Of a stretch of 64,000 nucleotides of DNA, positions 8,249 to 18,835 are shown in pieces. Below the pieces are notes generated by a model that was not told the DNA's origin, ran no database searches, and saw nothing but the letters and a program-made list of their open reading frames with translations. The stretch spans positions 141,064-205,063 of the IMG/VR virus record IMGVR_UViG_3300043426_000266. One strand, given 5' to 3'. How positions within the stretch are numbered: the first letter of the stretch is position 1; every line of letters starts with the position of its first letter. Both the position numbers and the translations under genes were made by a program.

Positions 8249-9205
8249 ATGCAAAAAGGTTGTTTAATTGAGTTATCAGAAGAGATTACACAATACAACG
8301 ATTTTATTAGTTCTTTATTAAACCCAAAACCTAATTTTTCATTAGTTAACCGAATCTCAGCAGAGTTACTAACAGTACAAATTGAATCTATTTTAGATTC
8401 AAAGTTGAGCTCCGTTTTCAGATCAGGTAGTGATTTATTAGAAACCTTTCAACATGTTATCCAGGTGTTCGATCACCCAGACTTTACCACTGACTCAATC
8501 GCCCAGATTAGTGAATTCCTTTATGAAACCGGAGTTGAGCTTTATAGACGTTTAACAGATATGTTTCACGATGTTGATATAGGTTATGCGCTATGGAATG
8601 TTAAACCAATAAATTCAACGGTTGCATTGGTTGAGTACTTGGGGGATTACCGTATCATGGAATGGCATGAACGTAGCGGGATTGCCTATGATAAAACTCA
8701 GAACGATGTTAAGTACGAGTTTGAAATTAGCTCTGCGGTAAGTGTAATTAAATCAGCATTAGAGAAACATCGAGGTCGTTATGCAGGGAATTTCTTTGCA
8801 CGAACAATCTCACACATTGTTAATGTGATTATCGAAGAATTTGTATTTCTTGGTAACAACCTTAAACTCTATGATGGTTTAACTGATGTGTATGCTTCTG
8901 AGTACCAGCTAACAAAAACTAAACTCTTGGATTATTTCCCTCATTTAACAACGGCAGAGTTATCTGCTTTCGTCGTCGATGTTGAGCAAACGATTAATGA
9001 ATATGTGGTAAAACCAATTCAACTGATTACACAATTGGATGAGGTAAATACTTGGTACGTCACAGACAACATTCTTACAATCAACATTGACAAACCTTTA
9101 ACTATCGTAGACTTTGGGGAACGTTTGAAAAATGATATCCGAGCTTCTATTGCTAATGGAGATTGGGTTCCCCCAAAAATGCGAGATATCGCGGAATTTT
9201 ACTAA
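8249..9205 (+). CDS. Hypothetical protein (318 aa), first gene of the acidic array; two similar halves
   Basis: Start moved to the ATG after the AAAGGAG SD. Confidence 0.75.
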   Translation: MQKGCLIELSEEITQYNDFISSLLNPKPNFSLVNRISAELLTVQIESILDSKLSSVFRSGSDLLETFQHVIQVFDHPDFTTDSIAQISEFLYETGVELYRRLTDMFHDVDIGYALWNVKPINSTVALVEYLGDYRIMEWHERSGIAYDKTQNDVKYEFEISSAVSVIKSALEKHRGRYAGNFFARTISHIVNVIIEEFVFLGNNLKLYDGLTDVYASEYQLTKTKLLDYFPHLTTAELSAFVVDVEQTINEYVVKPIQLITQLDEVNTWYVTDNILTINIDKPLTIVDFGERLKNDIRASIANGDWVPPKMRDIAEFY

Positions 9206-9733
9206 GTGATAGACTCAATAACTTTTCCTGTTGACCTCGCCCCGCTTTATTCGTCTGTAAAAAATGTAGAGCGGATCGATATCATACTTGACGTGTATGA
9301 TACCGTTGGGCGGTTCTTTAACACATTCGTATCATCAGCAATTATCAGCCTGGTGAGTGATGGTTCGATTTCAGAGTATAAGATTGGTCGTAGTGATACA
9401 GACGATGCGATCGTATATGAATTACTTAGTAAGTCGTTTAGAAAATCAACTAAAAGCATACAGTTTGACCGAGATCTTTTAGACGACCTAGGGATCGGTA
9501 GATTAGAGTTATTAAAATTAATGAAACTGATTTCAGCTTTGTTAATTGAAATAACGCTACCCATTTGTGTTGAGGAATTACAATACACCGCACAAGAGAA
9601 GGGGTTGAGAATTGATAGACTTATCGAATTATCAGTTGAGAATGAATTTTCAGCCCCAGGGGAGCTACCAACCGTTATGCATTTGGTGGCTGAATTTAAA
9701 CTTGATTATATTAAACAAATAGAGGGTTATTAA
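9206..9733 (+). CDS. Acidic hypothetical protein
   Basis: GTG start abuts the previous TAA. Confidence 0.7.
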   Translation: MIDSITFPVDLAPLYSSVKNVERIDIILDVYDTVGRFFNTFVSSAIISLVSDGSISEYKIGRSDTDDAIVYELLSKSFRKSTKSIQFDRDLLDDLGIGRLELLKLMKLISALLIEITLPICVEELQYTAQEKGLRIDRLIELSVENEFSAPGELPTVMHLVAEFKLDYIKQIEGY

Positions 9734-10155
9734 TGTTAGCTTTCCCATTTACTGAAACTGGTGTGACGCTATGGTTTGACCAACACAATATCTCGAACCC
9801 ACATGAGGTTATTGAACAGACCATAGATGAGTTTGGAACAGAAGTCCCGTTGTTGAAGATCATTCAAGCGTTTATGTTGGGACCTTCGGATATTACTGAT
9901 ATTATTAGTAACCCTAAACTCGCCAAAGAAATCCTAGAATCTTGGTTAGAAAAAGGTTTATTTCAGATAGATGGTGTTATATCTGAACTGGTTGAATTGA
10001 ATTGGAAAAAAGTTGTTCTGGTCGCGTATGTTATTTTCAATGAAGATGCGTGTTTTGACCATTTTCAAGAAGCGGCCAAATGTGGCGAGTATGGCATGAT
10101 TTCAGAAGTTATTTTTCTAGAAAACTGTATGTATATTGTATTCGAGACATCGTAA
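9733..10155 (+). CDS. Acidic hypothetical protein
   Basis: TAATG stop/start coupling, GAGGG SD. Confidence 0.7.
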   Translation: MLAFPFTETGVTLWFDQHNISNPHEVIEQTIDEFGTEVPLLKIIQAFMLGPSDITDIISNPKLAKEILESWLEKGLFQIDGVISELVELNWKKVVLVAYVIFNEDACFDHFQEAAKCGEYGMISEVIFLENCMYIVFETS

Positions 10156-10592
10156 TGAGCGATGTCCATGCTGTGCATATCAGCCTAAATGAGCTACTTG
10201 ACCACGCCAGAAATCTTTTTAATCCATCCCCTTTAGAGTGGACTAAACTACGCGATGCTTTAGAATACGTTTGGAGACACTTCAGCTACGATGATTTAAT
10301 TAAAACTGGAGTGTCTACCTGTATTGTCTTAGCTGAACGATTTCTTGACGAATCAGATGACGATGATGGGTTTGACTTTACTGAAATGGATTTTGATATT
10401 CAAACCACCCTGAGGTCCCTTTTCGACACCTATGAAACCTCAGCAATGGATGAATCAGAAATTCTAGCCATCTCAACTTTTGCAGAAACTTTGCATGACT
10501 TTATCTTAGAGTATTTAGATATTAGTAATTGGTTGGGTGATCTTAGTTTGATAGAACGATTAGGGGAGCGTTTTACTCTTTATTTTGGATAG
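10155..10592 (+). CDS. Acidic hypothetical protein (145 aa)
   Basis: TAATG coupling places the start at 10155 rather than 10080. Confidence 0.7.
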   Translation: MSDVHAVHISLNELLDHARNLFNPSPLEWTKLRDALEYVWRHFSYDDLIKTGVSTCIVLAERFLDESDDDDGFDFTEMDFDIQTTLRSLFDTYETSAMDESEILAISTFAETLHDFILEYLDISNWLGDLSLIERLGERFTLYFG

Positions 10593-10595
10593 CCT

Positions 10596-11093
10596 ATGGA
10601 ACTACATCGTTTTGAAGTCCCCATATGGGACTTCATTCATTATTATGCTGGGTACTACTCAGTTGATAGAAAAAACAGCTATACGGCTGCTTCTTGTTGT
10701 GTATGGTTTTACGAAACCATTATGGATTTGCCCGACATTGAAAGTTTCCTAATCCCTGTCTTTAATGAATTAAACAATTTTAAAAATTTAAGAGATATGA
10801 ATGAAGATGGTCCTACCAATAGTGAAGAGTACGATGAAGAAAGCGAGTATGACGAAGAGGTTATGCGGTTAATCAATTACCATTTAGAAGAATACCGTTA
10901 TGAATTTGATGTCGGTAGTCTAGGTAATGAACACCACATGATCGAAGAGGAAGACGTTGTGTTTGAGTTATTTCTATTACTTATTGCGTGGATTGAAATG
11001 TTAGGGGAAGAAGTAGATGAAATTTTTAGAGAGAGGGGGATCTTAGAAATTAGGAGGATGAGTACAGATGTCTTCGTTTATACTTTCGCATAG
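10596..11093 (+). CDS. Highly acidic, aromatic-rich hypothetical protein
   Basis: ORF track; contains EEYDEESEYDEE. Confidence 0.7.
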   Translation: MELHRFEVPIWDFIHYYAGYYSVDRKNSYTAASCCVWFYETIMDLPDIESFLIPVFNELNNFKNLRDMNEDGPTNSEEYDEESEYDEEVMRLINYHLEEYRYEFDVGSLGNEHHMIEEEDVVFELFLLLIAWIEMLGEEVDEIFRERGILEIRRMSTDVFVYTFA

Positions 11094-11535
11094 GCCGATC
11101 AATACCACGACAAGAGAAGTTACTTTTCTTATTGAGATAAATCAAATCATTGAAGCAATTTACGATCAAGTCGTAGAAGAGTTTTTTACGTTTAGCGAGC
11201 TTAAGCATCACTTGACAGTCGATGCGCCATCTGAGAGTAACCAGCTTTTGTCATTCATGTCGTTTGGGTACAAGTATCTTAAAATTGCTCAGAAATCCGA
11301 GTTTTATGATGTGGTAAATGATATCGAATATAGCGCCCCTCTAGACATCCTGAAGGATTATGTGCTTGAGAACGCAACTAATCGCTTTATAGGTTATCTT
11401 GCATATACCTTATTGTCCGAAACCGATATCGAGGAATATCTCGACAAACCGCAGTTTAAACTTTCCAGTATTCACCATTCATTTGTAACCTTCTCCTATT
11501 CAATAGAGAGGAAAATAACGGGTATTATAAACTAG
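11068..11535 (+). CDS. Acidic hypothetical protein
   Basis: GGAGG SD; overlaps the previous gene. Confidence 0.7.
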   Translation: MSSFILSHRPINTTTREVTFLIEINQIIEAIYDQVVEEFFTFSELKHHLTVDAPSESNQLLSFMSFGYKYLKIAQKSEFYDVVNDIEYSAPLDILKDYVLENATNRFIGYLAYTLLSETDIEEYLDKPQFKLSSIHHSFVTFSYSIERKITGIIN

Positions 11536-11552
11536 CATTATCAGGTTAAGCC

Positions 11553-11846
11553 ATGAATTATGATTATACAGTTTCTCTAAACACCGATGATTTTATCGAG
11601 GACATCGGTGAACCGGAGATAAAACGGGTATTAACAAACGCAATGGTGTGGTTATCTGGATTTTGTACAAATCACCACATCATGGAACAAAATAATCTAT
11701 ATGACACAACAATTGATATCATTCATTACTTCGATCGCTTATTAAGATCGGAAGGTGAAGATATTCACAACTTTGCAGAAGCCACGCTTATACGTTGTGA
11801 TGACTACTCAACAGTTGTTAGATTTAGAGGCGTTATTAATGACTAA
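11553..11846 (+). CDS. Acidic hypothetical protein
   Basis: AGGT SD; 97-aa ORF. Confidence 0.65.
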   Translation: MNYDYTVSLNTDDFIEDIGEPEIKRVLTNAMVWLSGFCTNHHIMEQNNLYDTTIDIIHYFDRLLRSEGEDIHNFAEATLIRCDDYSTVVRFRGVIND

Positions 11847-12255
11847 TCAACATATCACCTTACATCGTTTAGAGGTCGGGACAACATTTAGAGTATTTGA
11901 TAATCTGGTGCGATATAAAGGCACGCACTTGATGGCCGGGGAAATTGAGTTGCTTCATAAGCTCACTTTTGAAGCAGTTGTGAAATCGTATCTAGATACC
12001 GGATTACAGGATGCTCAAACAAATTTTGAAACGAAGCTAAATGAATTAAGATGGGTTAATGGGTACAACGATGTCCAGGATAGCGATTTTTATGAAATCT
12101 ACACAGAATGGATGAACATCGTTCTTGAGCTCATTGACGAGTACTTAACACTTGGAATATTTGATTACGATCGGGAAAATGAATCCATTGAGATTAATGT
12201 AGGGCAACTCACTGACTCCTATGTAAATATCGAGGTTATTAAACGAGATCGTTAA
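11839..12255 (+). CDS. Acidic hypothetical protein (138 aa)
   Basis: GAGG SD favours the ATG at 11839. Confidence 0.65.
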   Translation: MTNQHITLHRLEVGTTFRVFDNLVRYKGTHLMAGEIELLHKLTFEAVVKSYLDTGLQDAQTNFETKLNELRWVNGYNDVQDSDFYEIYTEWMNIVLELIDEYLTLGIFDYDRENESIEINVGQLTDSYVNIEVIKRDR

Positions 12256-12268
12256 TCTTGGGGGTTAA

Positions 12269-12598
12269 ATGGAGTTGATCGACCTTTTCAATGGCGATTA
12301 CGTTATTGATAAACTAATAGAAGCTCATCAGCTGTATGTGATGGAAAACTTCACCGATTATCCGGGCAAACATATTAGATTTAGAAGATTTGCTGAAAAG
12401 GTCTTAGCCGCTGTATTGAAAAACGATCAACATGCATTTTCGTTGTTGATTCCGAATAACCAATACATTTTCGAAGACTTGAACGAAACTCTTGTGAGCT
12501 CAAAACTAATAAAAGCTTGGAATGAAGATTCTTATTACTATTATATAACTTATCTCGGTTCTCTTAATTTGATCTGTATTGAAAGAGAGCCTAAATAA
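12269..12598 (+). CDS. Hypothetical protein
   Basis: GGGGG SD; 109 aa. Confidence 0.65.
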   Translation: MELIDLFNGDYVIDKLIEAHQLYVMENFTDYPGKHIRFRRFAEKVLAAVLKNDQHAFSLLIPNNQYIFEDLNETLVSSKLIKAWNEDSYYYYITYLGSLNLICIEREPK

Positions 12599-12612
12599 CT
12601 GAGGATTTAAAC

Positions 12613-13011
12613 ATGGGTTATGCGTTATTACAAACAGGTAATATTGTTTCATTTAGTGTACAGAGCAACATCATCGGTGGTAATTTCGAAGGAGTTGAGG
12701 TACTCGGTGTCGTAAGTCACGAGATTGCCAGGCTCCAAGCCGATGTGCAAGCATTACATTTTCAATTTAAATCGTATATTCCCGCATTACCTAATGCCTA
12801 TACCGATTATGCTTACCTGATTGCAAAATTACCAAATGGTTCTAAAACTGTTTTAGGATTACCTTGGTTAATTGAGTCTTCAATCACGCTTTCTCAACAA
12901 GCCGCTTATACGATTGTAATCAGTGGTGTTGAGCCAGGTGATGTAGATAGTATTCGCCGAGGGCTTGTAAACCGTGGGTTAAATGTTGAATCTTTTGAAA
13001 AGAATGAATAA
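12613..13011 (+). CDS. Conserved chimallivirus small protein (possible SH3-like fold)
   Basis: GAGGA SD. The G-x-x-VSF...V-x-V-x-G...Y-x-YL...G-x-PW pattern is recalled from phiKZ-like phages. Confidence 0.6.
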   Translation: MGYALLQTGNIVSFSVQSNIIGGNFEGVEVLGVVSHEIARLQADVQALHFQFKSYIPALPNAYTDYAYLIAKLPNGSKTVLGLPWLIESSITLSQQAAYTIVISGVEPGDVDSIRRGLVNRGLNVESFEKNE

Positions 13012-13038
13012 ATAAGAGAACCTACGGGTTCTCTTATT
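13011..13038 (+). terminator. Intrinsic terminator with a cUACGg tetraloop
   Basis: AATAAGAGAACC-TACG-GGTTCTCTTATT. Confidence 0.8.
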
Positions 13039-13091
13039 TTATGCTCTCGAAGCACTACTATTATTTATTACGATCATTAGGAAATTAAATT

Positions 13092-13415
13092 ATGCCGAAT
13101 TCTAACTTAGTTGTTAAAATGATGTCAGGTGAAAACTTGGCTGATGATAATACATCTAAAGGTTTTACAATCGTGGAAGCTTATGGTGAAGTATTTTGTT
13201 CTCGCGACGCTGAAGGTAAACCGGTTGTTTCTATTCCATTAGAGACTGGTCAACACGCACTATATCACCCAGAAGGTAACGTGTATGTTATCAAGAACAA
13301 TAAAACCGTTGCGACATTTGCGTATAGTGGGTACAAAGATACCAAAGTTACACGTGTTAAAGGTACTGTTCAATCATTTCAACAACATCAGAAAGCTTCA
13401 CGGAATACGATTTAA
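13092..13415 (+). CDS. Hypothetical protein (107 aa)
   Basis: AGGA SD; flanked by terminators. Confidence 0.65.
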   Translation: MPNSNLVVKMMSGENLADDNTSKGFTIVEAYGEVFCSRDAEGKPVVSIPLETGQHALYHPEGNVYVIKNNKTVATFAYSGYKDTKVTRVKGTVQSFQQHQKASRNTI

Positions 13416-13438
13416 TATTTATTGTGGCAAAATAAAGT

Positions 13439-13462
13439 AGAAGGGAGCAACTGCTCCCTTCT
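13439..13462 (+). terminator. Intrinsic terminator
   Basis: AGAAGGGAGCA-AC-TGCTCCCTTCT followed by TTATGC. Confidence 0.8.
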
Positions 13463-13524
13463 TTATGCCGCGTTTTTAATTTTTACCGACTCATCTCTTC
13501 TATGAGCCAGCGAGGTGAAACAAA

Positions 13525-15681
13525 ATGACTGCAACTCCAAGACCTTTTATTTTTGATAAATTTGAATACCAGCGGGATGGTGATCCATTAGCACATTGGA
13601 TTAAAGCTCAAACTGATTATATCACAAAGTTATACGGCTACGATCGAGATTATGTTGAGCGTTGGGTGAGAGACTCGATCAAAGAGGGTGGTGCTTCTCC
13701 GTTCTTTGATCGCAAAGTCCAGTTAATACAACAAACTTCTCCTGGAAATAGAGAAGTGCAAGTAACTTCTTTTTATGCTTATCAGAAAACAGCACAAAAA
13801 GAAGGGTATGTATTATCCCCATCTCAAACTGCGTATAAAGATCCAGTTGAAAACCCATCCATTATGGCGAAGTTTACAGACTTTAACGCAAAGCTTCGTT
13901 CAAAATATAAAAAGACAGCACAAGATGCTAAGGTAAAGAAACAAACCGCAATCGCTGAAGAAAATGGTGTACTCCAGCTGAACACAAAAGAGTTAAACAA
14001 CTCATTCTCAGGTGCGAACTCATCATGGTACAACGCTCTTTGTAATGCATCTGGCCATCAGGCATTAACCTCAACTTGTCGCTCTGCTACGTCGTATGCA
14101 AACATTATTTGCGAGCGATTCTTAATGGGTAATCGAGTTTACGTTAATGTGGATATTGTTATTCAGGAATTATCAAATGCGTGTTTACTAGCAGACCATG
14201 ATTCTATTTGGAAAATAGTTAATGAGTACAACTTAAAAGTTCCAACGGCAGATGACGTGTATTCGACGGCTGAAAAATCTTTCTCTAAGTATTTCCGCTC
14301 AAGAGAAAAAACGGCAGACATTAAATTGTTTATTTCAACAATGGACGATGTATCTCGCTGCGCATTTGTTTATCTGGGGGATTTGTATCATCTAGATAAG
14401 TTAAATCCGTGGTTCGTAGAAAATCTATTCAAAGAACTTAGTGAGTTTACCAAGGAGAACACTGAACCAACCGATGATCTCTACTCAACTGCTTCTGACG
14501 ACATGCGTACTTTAGTATTCTCGTTGCTCAAGGATATGACCAAGGGTAAAGTTTATAAAGACTTTACAACGGCAGAAGATCCTACTGGCAAATCAATTAT
14601 TAATAACACCATCAAATCGTATTACTCGTTTTTCAATAAGTACGAGAAATTTATTAATGCGTTGTGGAGACCTACTTACTTACCTTCTGGTATGGCGTAT
14701 CTACGAACAATGTTACGAGAGGTTATTTTAACTTCTGATACTGACTCGGCAATTGGAACCACGCAGCATTGGACAAAGAGAATAACCGGGTCTTATAATT
14801 TCGAACCTGAATCATTTATGGTTTGCTTTAATTTAATTTATTTCATTTCAGAATCTGTCGCTAACGCCTTTGGTAAACTTTGTGCGAACATGGGTGTGCC
14901 TGGTGAACTGATTGATCAGCTCGGAGCAAAGAACGAATACTACTTCCCAATTTATACACTAACAGAAGCAATGAAACATTATTTCTGTTGGAAGATGTTG
15001 GAAGAAGGTCGAGTACTTCCCGAACTTGATTTAGAAAAGAAAGGGGTTGGTTTCATTAGTGCTAGATACGCGGCTAAAATTCAGACTGAGTTAGATGAGT
15101 ATATTGAAAAAGACATCTTAACCAATGTAATGCAGAATATACACTTAACTAAGGAGCAGGTGCTCGCAAGACCATTGGCGTTAGAAGAGGAGATACGAAA
15201 CTTAATTCGTTCAGGTGGGATTATTTATCAAACAGACAACATTAAAAGTGCAGAGTCTTATAAAACAAATACAAGTAATGCGACCTACCGCCAGTATCTT
15301 TTATGGCAAGAGGTCTTTGCACCTACTTACGGCATGGTTGATGAGCCCCCGTATTCAGCGTATAAAGTCCCAGTCGCTATCGAGAAAAAACGGCATATTA
15401 AAGCTTGGATCGAAAAGATCCAAGATAGAACATTAGCAGGCAGACTTCAAGCATTTTTAGATAAACACGGCGTAGAACAAATGTCCTCAATTCTCGTTCC
15501 AACCCAGCTTGCTGAGCAGATCGGGATCCCACGAGAAATTGTTGAAATCGCTGATGAAATGAGAGCAACCTCTCAAATCATGCAGCCATTCTATTTAGTG
15601 TTGCAAGGTCTTGGGTTTCTCTATACAAACCATAGTCAAACAAAATTAATCAGTGACTATCGCTTTATAGAAGAGCGGTAA
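13525..15681 (+). CDS. Split family-B DNA polymerase, fingers/palm/thumb subunit (phiKZ gp50-like)
   Basis: Motif B Q-x-x-x-K-x-x-x-NS-x-SG (QLNTKELNNSFSG), motif C SDTDS, and KHYF. Motif A is missing here and lies in the 43961 gene. Confidence 0.9.
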   Translation: MTATPRPFIFDKFEYQRDGDPLAHWIKAQTDYITKLYGYDRDYVERWVRDSIKEGGASPFFDRKVQLIQQTSPGNREVQVTSFYAYQKTAQKEGYVLSPSQTAYKDPVENPSIMAKFTDFNAKLRSKYKKTAQDAKVKKQTAIAEENGVLQLNTKELNNSFSGANSSWYNALCNASGHQALTSTCRSATSYANIICERFLMGNRVYVNVDIVIQELSNACLLADHDSIWKIVNEYNLKVPTADDVYSTAEKSFSKYFRSREKTADIKLFISTMDDVSRCAFVYLGDLYHLDKLNPWFVENLFKELSEFTKENTEPTDDLYSTASDDMRTLVFSLLKDMTKGKVYKDFTTAEDPTGKSIINNTIKSYYSFFNKYEKFINALWRPTYLPSGMAYLRTMLREVILTSDTDSAIGTTQHWTKRITGSYNFEPESFMVCFNLIYFISESVANAFGKLCANMGVPGELIDQLGAKNEYYFPIYTLTEAMKHYFCWKMLEEGRVLPELDLEKKGVGFISARYAAKIQTELDEYIEKDILTNVMQNIHLTKEQVLARPLALEEEIRNLIRSGGIIYQTDNIKSAESYKTNTSNATYRQYLLWQEVFAPTYGMVDEPPYSAYKVPVAIEKKRHIKAWIEKIQDRTLAGRLQAFLDKHGVEQMSSILVPTQLAEQIGIPREIVEIADEMRATSQIMQPFYLVLQGLGFLYTNHSQTKLISDYRFIEER

Positions 15682-16780
15682 CACGTTCAAACAAACTTGT
15701 TGTTTCTAAATCCAACGGAACATTGATTGGGCGATCATTATTTAAGATTATTAATCTTCTTTTAATGTACGCTCTTGTGTCTAAGTTCCGAGGGGCAAAC
15801 GAGGTTCCAGGTTGTTGTTTTTGAACATCAGTCATCTTAGAGGCCTCATAACTCAAAAGGTTATAGATTGTTCTAAGTCTAGTTAGATCTAAAACCCATT
15901 TAACAGATCGTGTCGGAGTAATCTCAGGCAACACCATAACTTGTCTTTGATTATCGTAACTAATCGCAGGAATCTGCAATAGCACTTCTTCATAAGTCAA
16001 GTTTTTGGTTCTGAGTGTTTGACAAACATTTCGCAGCGCATTATCTAACAACTGCGAGTAGTCCCGAATCGCAACCGGGTGTATCTTTAAAAAATTACTT
16101 ACTGGCTCTTTATTATAAAGCTTGAAGAAGCGATTGCGGATAGAAATATCCAAATGACTTTTCATTGCGTTGAACATAGGGTAACGTACAAGAAATTGCG
16201 CTTGGGTTGTGGTAACATCCCCAGTAAATTCTTTAATTGATTCAACCCAGTAATGAAACTGAACAATTAACATTGCAACGTTTACGCTGATAACCGCTAA
16301 ACCCTTTTGAGGTAATGAACTTTGAAAATGGTTATTTGGCATATTCAGATTGATATCATCAAACGGATGTTCCAATACTTTAATCGGTTCTAATTGTTGC
16401 CAGTTACCTTTAACGGCATTTGCATCAAACCAAGAGTCATCGTAAACGAGTAACTCTAAACAATTGTTATTATAAAATTGTGAAATTGGGGGATTTCGGG
16501 TTGTTGTGATTGAGGAGTAAAATCCAAAAGTTCCAACTAAACTAGAGAAATCCTCTCTTACACATTCAGCCACATAATTTTTATCAGTATTAGGGGAGAC
16601 ATCTACTGTTGTAAGAATTTGATTTAACACATTTTGGTTTCTGGAGAACTGAGCACTAACACGATAATGTTTAGCAAGCTTATTCATTTCATCTAAAACA
16701 ACACCCCTGGTTTGATTCCAACCAGTTACTCGATTGAGTGCCGGGTTAAATAAAGTAGGGGAATTAAACAAATTATACAT
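15665..16780 (-). CDS. Virion structural protein (phiKZ gp52-like)
   Basis: 371 aa on the opposite strand between the DNA polymerase and chimallin, the position expected from phiKZ synteny. Confidence 0.65.
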   Translation of the reverse strand: MYNLFNSPTLFNPALNRVTGWNQTRGVVLDEMNKLAKHYRVSAQFSRNQNVLNQILTTVDVSPNTDKNYVAECVREDFSSLVGTFGFYSSITTTRNPPISQFYNNNCLELLVYDDSWFDANAVKGNWQQLEPIKVLEHPFDDINLNMPNNHFQSSLPQKGLAVISVNVAMLIVQFHYWVESIKEFTGDVTTTQAQFLVRYPMFNAMKSHLDISIRNRFFKLYNKEPVSNFLKIHPVAIRDYSQLLDNALRNVCQTLRTKNLTYEEVLLQIPAISYDNQRQVMVLPEITPTRSVKWVLDLTRLRTIYNLLSYEASKMTDVQKQQPGTSFAPRNLDTRAYIKRRLIILNNDRPINVPLDLETTSLFERVTALL

Positions 16781-16894
16781 TGTTAAATCCTCAAGGTAAA
16801 TTCATACCATTTGTCCATATGTTATAGAGAGTAACCAATCGAATGATTGGATATTCTACTAACCAGTCTTATTCGTCGTTTCCAAAAAATAACG

Positions 16895-16916
16895 AATATA
16901 TATTATTTACGTGAAC
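16895..16916 (+). promoter_or_regulatory. Candidate early promoter of chimallin
   Basis: AATATATATTATTTACGTGAAC, the recurring motif. Confidence 0.65.
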
Positions 16917-16969
16917 GAGACTAATTAATGTCTTTTCATTAACAATTGTTATCAAGCAAGGATATATCC

Positions 16970-18835
16970 ATGACAAGTTTAAAAATCGGTAATCAAAATC
17001 AAGAAACAACTCAAAACCAAACTAACGATCGCGGTCATGGTGGCGACCGCCGTGAGTCTCGTCGTGAGTCTCGCCGCAAAAATGCAGACGACACGTTCGT
17101 AAGTTTAGTAGAATTGCTTCGCCCAGAAGCAGCTGGCAAAGCAATGCAACCCCGTGCTGAAAATGCACTTAAATGGGTGCAAGCTTCACTTGCTCGTGAT
17201 CCTGAAATTATTAAAGGCCATGAAGTTCGCATCACTTCAATTTCTCGTGAAAAAGGATACCCAGTTAAATATCCTGGTATCGTCATCACTTTGTTTAACC
17301 CATCAACAAATCGTATCGCTTCACATACCTTGATGTTAGAAGATGGCGAAACATTACAACCATTAGAAAACCGTACTTTCCGCGGCGAAAATATTACCCC
17401 AGAACCAGTACCTTCAATGGTGTGGGATTCTGAATACCAACAAGCGGTTCGCACAGAAGTGTACGAGCTTTATAAAGACGTGGCTGATGTGAAATATGCA
17501 TCAATGGGTGTGACTGTAGTTCCACACACACTGTCTATCCCAATTATCACTGAACATACCAGTCAAGACATTAACCCGTTAGATGCGCAGTTTGTTGCAA
17601 TTGTAGAAAGCTTGTCAAGTTTCTACAAATGGTTAGGTCGTGATGCAAGTCGTGTTAAACTAGGTGAAGCATTCAACCCTGACCGTGAACAGCTGGTTGC
17701 AAACGTTGACCAAGCACCAACCATTGAGTTTGATCAAATGGGTCAACCACGTCGTTCAGACTTCTGTATTTCGTTGTCTGTGAAAAAGCGCCGTGATGAA
17801 AAACGCGACGTTGGTCCGCTGTCTTATAACCGCGATGACCAAGTTGATTCCGGTACTATTCTTCGTGTATCAGGTTATTGCTTGCCTTACTACACTCAAC
17901 CAAACCTCGATGATAAAAAACCACGTAACTTCGGTATCAATATCATCGTAACTGCAATTGAAGGTAAATCAACACCGTCGTTAGAATTGTTCCTTTACGG
18001 TATGGCTTCAACAACTGTATTGACCAACAACGACATGTGGGCGGATGGTTTCAAACCAGCATTGATCGTTGCAGACCCAATGCGTAACCTTGGTGGCCTG
18101 TTCCTTGAGATCCCTGATCAAAATGGTGAATCAATGCCGCGTCGTGACTACGCTGCGAGTTCATCTAATGAATTCTTAGATGACGTAGATTTCTTGTTCA
18201 GCTCTGATGTTACTGTGTCGTTAGATTGTTCTGAATCTGGTGCGACTGCCTGGATTACAGATTTGTTCTTGAACAACGATCTTGACGCAATTGAAGAAGC
18301 TGCTGACAACTTGACCAACGAAGAATATAGCGCCATCGTGAACAACGATGTGAATGATGCAATTGTTCGTAGTGATACTCGTCGTTTCTATACTGGTGAA
18401 TACAGCGGTGCACATTCTGTACGTGATATTCGTGATGTTGATTATTTATATCTTATCAACAAATTCGATGAAAACGGTTCCGCAGAAGCTGCAAAAGACT
18501 GGGATGAATCTTTGGGTGATGATAGCGAGTATGGTTTACACCAACGTGCGGTATTGACTCAAGAAGCACTTGGTCACGGCACTTATCGTATCACTGGTGT
18601 GGTTGACCGTGTGAAACTTGATGCTTCATTCTTTGAAGCAGTTGTGAATGCGTTACATAACACTGACATGCTTCCTAACACCAATGATATTTCTCGTGGC
18701 TTCCGTCCTAAACAGCGTCTTGAAGCGAAAAATGTTAAAGGTCGTATGGACAGCCAAGAGCTTGGTTCAAACTATCGCACCAACCATAGTCGCCAGGTTA
18801 ATCGTCAACGTAATGCATTTCGTGATCGCGGTTAA
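16970..18835 (+). CDS. chmA: Chimallin, phage nuclear shell protein
   Basis: 621 aa, directly upstream of the nvRNAP beta-prime gene. G-x-P-x-RSDF, MRNLGGL and RDIRDVDYL-x-x-IN parallel the chimallin motifs G-x-P-x-RAD, MKDIGAL and RD-x-RDLD-x-L. Codon bias of a highly expressed gene; own promoter and terminator. Start placed at the ATG after AAGGA. Confidence 0.88.
   Translation: MTSLKIGNQNQETTQNQTNDRGHGGDRRESRRESRRKNADDTFVSLVELLRPEAAGKAMQPRAENALKWVQASLARDPEIIKGHEVRITSISREKGYPVKYPGIVITLFNPSTNRIASHTLMLEDGETLQPLENRTFRGENITPEPVPSMVWDSEYQQAVRTEVYELYKDVADVKYASMGVTVVPHTLSIPIITEHTSQDINPLDAQFVAIVESLSSFYKWLGRDASRVKLGEAFNPDREQLVANVDQAPTIEFDQMGQPRRSDFCISLSVKKRRDEKRDVGPLSYNRDDQVDSGTILRVSGYCLPYYTQPNLDDKKPRNFGINIIVTAIEGKSTPSLELFLYGMASTTVLTNNDMWADGFKPALIVADPMRNLGGLFLEIPDQNGESMPRRDYAASSSNEFLDDVDFLFSSDVTVSLDCSESGATAWITDLFLNNDLDAIEEAADNLTNEEYSAIVNNDVNDAIVRSDTRRFYTGEYSGAHSVRDIRDVDYLYLINKFDENGSAEAAKDWDESLGDDSEYGLHQRAVLTQEALGHGTYRITGVVDRVKLDASFFEAVVNALHNTDMLPNTNDISRGFRPKQRLEAKNVKGRMDSQELGSNYRTNHSRQVNRQRNAFRDRG

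Noticed and set aside
17035-18415. Antisense ORFs inside chmA (17035..17454, 18148..18345, 18221..18415)
   Set aside because: Shadow frames caused by the strong codon bias of a highly expressed gene; no SD and no recognisable motifs.
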